Under the pieces are notes generated by a model. The model saw nothing but the letters and a program-made list of their open reading frames with translations, was not told where the DNA came from and searched no databases. The position numbers and the translations under genes are program-made. A stretch of DNA of 54,683 nucleotides. It comes from an uncultured virus (IMG/VR IMGVR_UViG_3300008266_010073). Lineage: Duplodnaviria > Heunggongvirae > Uroviricota > Caudoviricetes. The first letter of the stretch is position 1, and every line of letters starts with the position of its first letter. The DNA lies in the IMG/VR virus record IMGVR_UViG_3300008266_010073; one strand, written 5' to 3'. Below, one piece after another: positions 50,122 to 54,683 of the stretch.

Positions 50122-50826
50122 ATGAAAACAATTACATGGAAAGGTTATGATTGGATTCCGCAAGAGCGTTGGGGACAAGTACATCACGAAAAATCACATT
50201 GGTGGTATGATGCATCATGTGTGAGTGTGGATGCTGATGATGCAATGCATTTAACTACAAAATACAATCCAAAGTATTTTACCGAAACCAAACAAGTTGC
50301 TTGGGTAGGTGTTGGATTAGTTTCATGCACAGAACGTTTTGGATTCGGCACATTCAGTGTAACAGCAAAATTACCTGAGGGAGAAAACTTGTGGCCGGCT
50401 TTCTGGATGTGGAGTTGGGATACATGGCCGCCTGAGATAGATGTTTTTGAAGCCTATTCTGATTCACGTGGAAATTACTTTAAACCTAGACTACTTAATC
50501 CTGCAGGATTTTGGAATGTGCAAACCAATGTACATTATACAAAGGATTCGCAAAACAAAATGATTAAAGGTAAGACACATTGGTTTGGATTTCGAAACCC
50601 AGCAAAGCATTTTATTACTTATTCAGTAACATGGAAACCAGATGTTGTAGAATTTCGTTATGATGGTCGATTGGTAAGAACTGTAACGGATGCTAATATT
50701 TTAAAACAATTGGCTGCTACTAAGATGAATGTGATACTGAACAATGGAGTGACAGAAGAAGTAGATAGAATGTCACCTCCGGTATCTGATTTTATTATAC
50801 AAGACTTTAAATATACACCTTTGTAA
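50122..50826 (+). CDS. glycoside hydrolase family 16
   Basis: WPAFWM and the catalytic EIDVFE motif; no obvious signal peptide. Confidence 0.88.
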   Translation: MKTITWKGYDWIPQERWGQVHHEKSHWWYDASCVSVDADDAMHLTTKYNPKYFTETKQVAWVGVGLVSCTERFGFGTFSVTAKLPEGENLWPAFWMWSWDTWPPEIDVFEAYSDSRGNYFKPRLLNPAGFWNVQTNVHYTKDSQNKMIKGKTHWFGFRNPAKHFITYSVTWKPDVVEFRYDGRLVRTVTDANILKQLAATKMNVILNNGVTEEVDRMSPPVSDFIIQDFKYTPL

Positions 50827-50828
50827 AT

Positions 50829-51122
50829 ATGGCTAAACCAATATTCATAGTAAAGATCCCAGTACGCATAAACGACGAACAGCAACGAGCACAGCTAGAA
50901 CATGTAGGAAGAGATCTGCAAACAAAGCTCAAAGATTACCATGTGCTCACTATTGCTGAGAATCGTAATGACGATAAAGGTATTCAGTTTGAGTGCTTTA
51001 ATGCTGGGGAAGTTGATGAGACAACTATACAGGAGATTCAGGACAAGATTTTTAAAATAATTGAAACCAATGAATTATCAGATTGGGATGTAACTTTAAT
51101 GGATGGATTGGAAGATGAATGA
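50829..51122 (+). CDS. hypothetical protein
   Basis: 97-aa ORF ending DWDVTLMDGLEDE. Confidence 0.6.
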   Translation: MAKPIFIVKIPVRINDEQQRAQLEHVGRDLQTKLKDYHVLTIAENRNDDKGIQFECFNAGEVDETTIQEIQDKIFKIIETNELSDWDVTLMDGLEDE

Positions 51123-51276
51123 ACAGGAAATAATCAAGGTACAACAAGAATTAATTGACTTACTGTACTCACAAGTTGTGGACTTATCAATGATGTCCAA
51201 GATTGAATTAGGTGATGATGTAATTGCAGAGATTAAACGATTAAAAGAGTTACTAAATGAACAGACTACACGTTAA
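51115..51276 (+). CDS. small hypothetical protein (53 aa)
   Basis: Read by hand: MNEQEIIKVQQELI...; fills the gap. Confidence 0.5.
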   Translation: MNEQEIIKVQQELIDLLYSQVVDLSMMSKIELGDDVIAEIKRLKELLNEQTTR

Positions 51277-51550
51277 ATTCATTAAATGGTTAACCAATAA
51301 ATTTGGTTACAAGATTGCAATGGTTAAAGTATTGAATGGAACAACGACTATTGAAGGTGATAGTGAATTATTAAAATACACCGATTTATCAGGTTATCTT
51401 TTTAAGAAAGAACCACTTAAAAGAGTTACGCCATCTAAAGCACCTACATCAGCTAAAGAAATGTGGTTAGCAGATACTACACCCGATGTAAGTAAAGTAC
51501 AACCAATCACAAAATTAACACCCGATCAATTAAAAGAAATTGGGTTATGA
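51257..51550 (+). CDS. hypothetical protein
   Basis: 97-aa ORF. Confidence 0.55.
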   Translation: MNRLHVKFIKWLTNKFGYKIAMVKVLNGTTTIEGDSELLKYTDLSGYLFKKEPLKRVTPSKAPTSAKEMWLADTTPDVSKVQPITKLTPDQLKEIGL

Positions 51551-52578
51551 ATAACATAGATAAACAATACCAAGCACTCCTACAAGACATCCTAGACAAT
51601 GGTGTTCGCAAGGAGGATCGTACTGGCACAGGAACGCTATCAACGTTCGGAAGACAGATCCGCCACAAAATGTCAGAAGGATTTCCGCTACTCACAACAA
51701 AGAAGATGTATTGGAAAGGAATTGTAACAGAATTGTTATGGTTCTTACGTGGTGATACTAATATAAAGTTTCTTGTTGATAATGATTGTCACATTTGGGA
51801 TGGTGATGCTTATAAAAAATACAAAAGTACGACCGACAATCCATTATCAATCATGGAGTTTATTGATACAATAAAAAATGATTCTTTACGAGCAAAGCAT
51901 TGGGGTGACCTTGGACCTGTGTATGGTAAGCAATGGAGAGGTTGGGTACAGAATGTTAGCCGTGATTTAGATAAACAAATAGACCAAATCGCAAACCTAA
52001 TCCGTGACCTCAAAACAAACCCAGACTCAAGACGATTGATGGTTTCAGCTTGGAATGTAGGTGAATTGGATTCGATGACACTTCCACCTTGTCATTATGG
52101 ATTTCAAGTTTATACAAGAGAATTGAGTTTTGATGAAAGAGTTGAATACTTTAAGAAAACGTATCCTGATAAATGGGATGAATATGAATTGCCAAAAGAT
52201 AATTTTAGTTGGTATAATATCCCAAAAAGAGCAATTTCTTTAATGTGGAATCAACGTTCAGTGGACGTATTCTTAGGTTTACCGTTCAATATTGCTTCTT
52301 ATGGTCTTCTTCTCGAAATCATAGCTAAAGAAGTTAATATGGTTCCTGATGAATTGATTGGTAACTTAGGTGATACACATTTGTATTTGAATCACATTGA
52401 ACAAGCAAAAGAACAGTTAAACAGAGAACCATACCCGTTACCTAAATTAGTTATTAATGATGAATTTTGGAATCCGGATGCTGGAGTAATTGAACAGATC
52501 GATTACATTAAGTCTGAGGACTTTGAGGTTAGAGATTATCAATCACACCCAACAATTAAAGCACCTTTAAGCAATTAA
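51547..52578 (+). CDS. thyA: thymidylate synthase
   Basis: DRTGTGT, ELLWFL.G, LGPVYG.QW, SRRL, LPPCH, QRSVD..LGLPFN, HLY.NH. Confidence 0.97.
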   Translation: MNNIDKQYQALLQDILDNGVRKEDRTGTGTLSTFGRQIRHKMSEGFPLLTTKKMYWKGIVTELLWFLRGDTNIKFLVDNDCHIWDGDAYKKYKSTTDNPLSIMEFIDTIKNDSLRAKHWGDLGPVYGKQWRGWVQNVSRDLDKQIDQIANLIRDLKTNPDSRRLMVSAWNVGELDSMTLPPCHYGFQVYTRELSFDERVEYFKKTYPDKWDEYELPKDNFSWYNIPKRAISLMWNQRSVDVFLGLPFNIASYGLLLEIIAKEVNMVPDELIGNLGDTHLYLNHIEQAKEQLNREPYPLPKLVINDEFWNPDAGVIEQIDYIKSEDFEVRDYQSHPTIKAPLSN

Positions 52579-52638
52579 TATGTTATACAGATTAAGATAC
52601 AAGTTACTAAAATATATTTTATATTTAATGAGAAAATC

Positions 52639-52944
52639 ATGAAAAAATTAATTTTATTGTTAGCGCTAACACTTTCTACAAATGTCTTTTCACAAATGGC
52701 ACCGCCTAGACAGTATTTCAAATTGAATTTACCAAAGTCTCGTAAAACAGAATTTAGAACTGGTCCTGCCATGTTAATAGGTGGAGCTGCTTTTATTGTA
52801 GCAGGAATGTTAACACAACAAATCTATGAAGGATCATCAACTACACAATTAAAACCGGTTTATGCACAACCTAGAACATGGGCTATTGTATCTGGTAGCC
52901 TAGTGTTTACAGTTGGCATTCCACTTACAATTGTAGGCAGATAA
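52639..52944 (+). CDS. secreted or membrane hypothetical protein
   Basis: Signal peptide plus two hydrophobic segments. Confidence 0.6.
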   Translation: MKKLILLLALTLSTNVFSQMAPPRQYFKLNLPKSRKTEFRTGPAMLIGGAAFIVAGMLTQQIYEGSSTTQLKPVYAQPRTWAIVSGSLVFTVGIPLTIVGR

Positions 52945-53345
52945 TGGAATTGCTGAGTACACATCTAATTAAAAAATCTGATTTAGGGTTTCATGGAAAT
53001 CTTTTTGGTGGAAAACTTCTTTCATGGATCGACACAGCAGCTGCAGGCTATGCAATGCAACTATGCGATACACCCCGTATGGTAACGGTTTCAATTGATC
53101 AATGCAACTTTGAAAAGCCGGCACGAGAAGGACAATTATTAAAGGTTTACGGATATCCTAGCAAAATAGGAAATAGTTCTATAAACATCTACATGGAAGC
53201 ACGTGCTCATAATGTATATACAGGCAAACAAATTGTAGTGCTAAAGACCAATATTACCTTTGTGCATATAGATGAAGAAGGACATCCGATACCATTAGGG
53301 GAAAAGGCACGTGCTCGTGTCGGTAGGATGTTAGAATCTAAATAA
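52944..53345 (+). CDS. acyl-CoA thioesterase (HotDog fold)
   Basis: HGNLFGG.LL.WID.AA...VTV.ID...F..P, FV.ID..G.P.P. Confidence 0.88.
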   Translation: MELLSTHLIKKSDLGFHGNLFGGKLLSWIDTAAAGYAMQLCDTPRMVTVSIDQCNFEKPAREGQLLKVYGYPSKIGNSSINIYMEARAHNVYTGKQIVVLKTNITFVHIDEEGHPIPLGEKARARVGRMLESK

Positions 53346-53362
53346 TTAATATATATTAATAT

Positions 53363-53944
53363 ATGAAGAAGTTATTGCTAATATTTACATTGTTATATGG
53401 CACTGCGTTAGCCCAATGTAATGGTGCGCAATCATTTACATTAACACCTCCCCCGGTAGGTAATCAATATTTGCCAGGACAAGTAGTAACCATGTGTTAC
53501 ACGATGACGGGTTATTCACAGGCAGGTAGCAATTGGATCGAAGGATTTGATTTAACACTAGGACCTGGTTGGGCATCCGTAACGCCACAAACAGCTCCTG
53601 CTAATTGTGGAGGTAATGCATCTGGAGGACAATGGATCTGGTTGAATTCAGTTAATACTCCGGTAGGTGTCGTTGGGCCTGGATACTTTTTTGATTTAAC
53701 TACGGATGGCAATCCAGCAAATGATTTTGGTGATTCTGGAGCATGCACATGGACTTTTTGTGTAACACTTACAGTAGCGCAGGGATGTACACCTCAAAGT
53801 TTAGCTATATCAGTAACTCCAGGATCAGATGGTTTGTGGGGAAGTTGGAATAGTACTAGTTGTGACGGAGCTACACCTTTTGCAGTATTTAACGGAAATA
53901 TTAACCCACAGCTTCCTAGTGTAGGAGCTATATCACACAATTAA
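53363..53944 (+). CDS. secreted Cys/Gly-rich protein
   Basis: Signal peptide MKKLLL...AQ; ends ISHN. Confidence 0.7.
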   Translation: MKKLLLIFTLLYGTALAQCNGAQSFTLTPPPVGNQYLPGQVVTMCYTMTGYSQAGSNWIEGFDLTLGPGWASVTPQTAPANCGGNASGGQWIWLNSVNTPVGVVGPGYFFDLTTDGNPANDFGDSGACTWTFCVTLTVAQGCTPQSLAISVTPGSDGLWGSWNSTSCDGATPFAVFNGNINPQLPSVGAISHN

Positions 53945-53948
53945 CGTT

Positions 53949-54515
53949 ATGAAAAAACTATTATTATTATTATTGAGCTTAGTTGCATGTACGACGGCGT
54001 ATACGCAGTTTACAACTATTAATCCGGATACCGTTTGCTATCAAACACCAGGATCAATTTATCAAGTCACTAATACTCCAGGCGTAACATATACATGGAC
54101 CGTTGCTGCTCCAGGTGTAATCACATCAGGACAAGGAACAAATCAAATTGGAGTGAATTGGTCTGCAGCTGCTCCTGGTTTAATACCAAATGCAGTATCG
54201 GTTGTAGCAAGTACAGGGGCTGGATGTAATTCACTGGCATCTACACTCAACGTGTTGATATTGCAAATTATTCCTAGCATCACAGCTTTAGGTCCATTTT
54301 GTACTACAGATGCTTGTGTCAATATTGTTGCCACACCGGCCGGAGGAGTATTATCAGGTACTGGTGTAGTAGCAGGACAATTTTGTCCAGCAACAGCAGG
54401 AGCAGGGACATGGCCTATAACTTATACAGTAACACAAGGTGGTTGTGTATTCACTGCTACTATCAATGTTACAGTTAATCCGACACCAACGTTATCACCA
54501 ATATCACATAATTAA
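53949..54515 (+). CDS. secreted PKD/Ig-like beta protein
   Basis: Signal peptide, YTWTV..G.I.SGQGTN.I.V.W, F.P..AG.G...ITYT; ends ISHN. Confidence 0.7.
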   Translation: MKKLLLLLLSLVACTTAYTQFTTINPDTVCYQTPGSIYQVTNTPGVTYTWTVAAPGVITSGQGTNQIGVNWSAAAPGLIPNAVSVVASTGAGCNSLASTLNVLILQIIPSITALGPFCTTDACVNIVATPAGGVLSGTGVVAGQFCPATAGAGTWPITYTVTQGGCVFTATINVTVNPTPTLSPISHN

Positions 54516-54683
54516 TGAGACTGTTGTTATTCATATTGTTGTTTTGTAATGTTGTTTATTCACAACAACTAGTTACATTATGTAATGATCAATCACAAAC
54601 ATATTCTTACTCTACATCCGCTGATTATCCCGGAGTAACGGAATGGCAAGTAGATGGATCGTATTATTATGGCAATCCTATTA
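54515..54683 (+). CDS. secreted protein, 3'-partial
   Basis: TAATG overlap; MRLLLFILLFCNVVYSQQ signal peptide; frame is open to the window end. Confidence 0.6.
   Translation, partial: MRLLLFILLFCNVVYSQQLVTLCNDQSQTYSYSTSADYPGVTEWQVDGSYYYGNPI

Noticed and set aside
51547..52578. ThyA homolog as a dCMP hydroxymethylase feeding hmC glycosylation
   Set aside because: It retains canonical dUMP-specific motifs (LPPCH, LGLPFN with Asn), consistent with an ordinary thymidylate synthase.

Overview
This window looks like part of a large, AT-rich, T4-like (jumbo-type) dsDNA phage genome. Every credible gene is on the + strand and genes are tightly coupled by ATGA/TAATG overlaps. The host is probably a Bacteroidota bacterium, inferred from a TTGG/TTTG-N19-TATAAT promoter motif, a PLPVEL-type secreted protein and a LETM1-like domain. 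Order of modules: (1) thioredoxin, GroES and a family-B DNA polymerase; (2) a five-gene cassette inside the replisome operon (hypothetical, cytidylyltransferase, QueD-like T-fold protein, GT-B glycosyltransferase, TGT/DpdA-like transglycosylase); (3) sliding clamp, dUTPase, clamp loaders and a Cas4/RecB-like nuclease; (4) an ~18 kb glycan biosynthesis cluster; (5) holin, GH24 lysozyme and M15 peptidase followed directly by a PAS histidine kinase, a receiver protein and a membrane protein; (6) putative internal head proteins sharing an N-terminal MxxLKx[LI][LI]xE signature; (7) ClpS, a MoxR/vWA pair, GroEL, GH16, ThyA, a thioesterase and secreted proteins. The leading candidate for a new system is a glycosyl-hypermodified 7-deazaguanine DNA modification pathway whose transglycosylase ends in the same putative clamp-binding motif as the polymerase. 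The second candidate is a phage phosphorelay coupled to the lysis cassette. All calls come from motif recognition by eye; no database searches were run.
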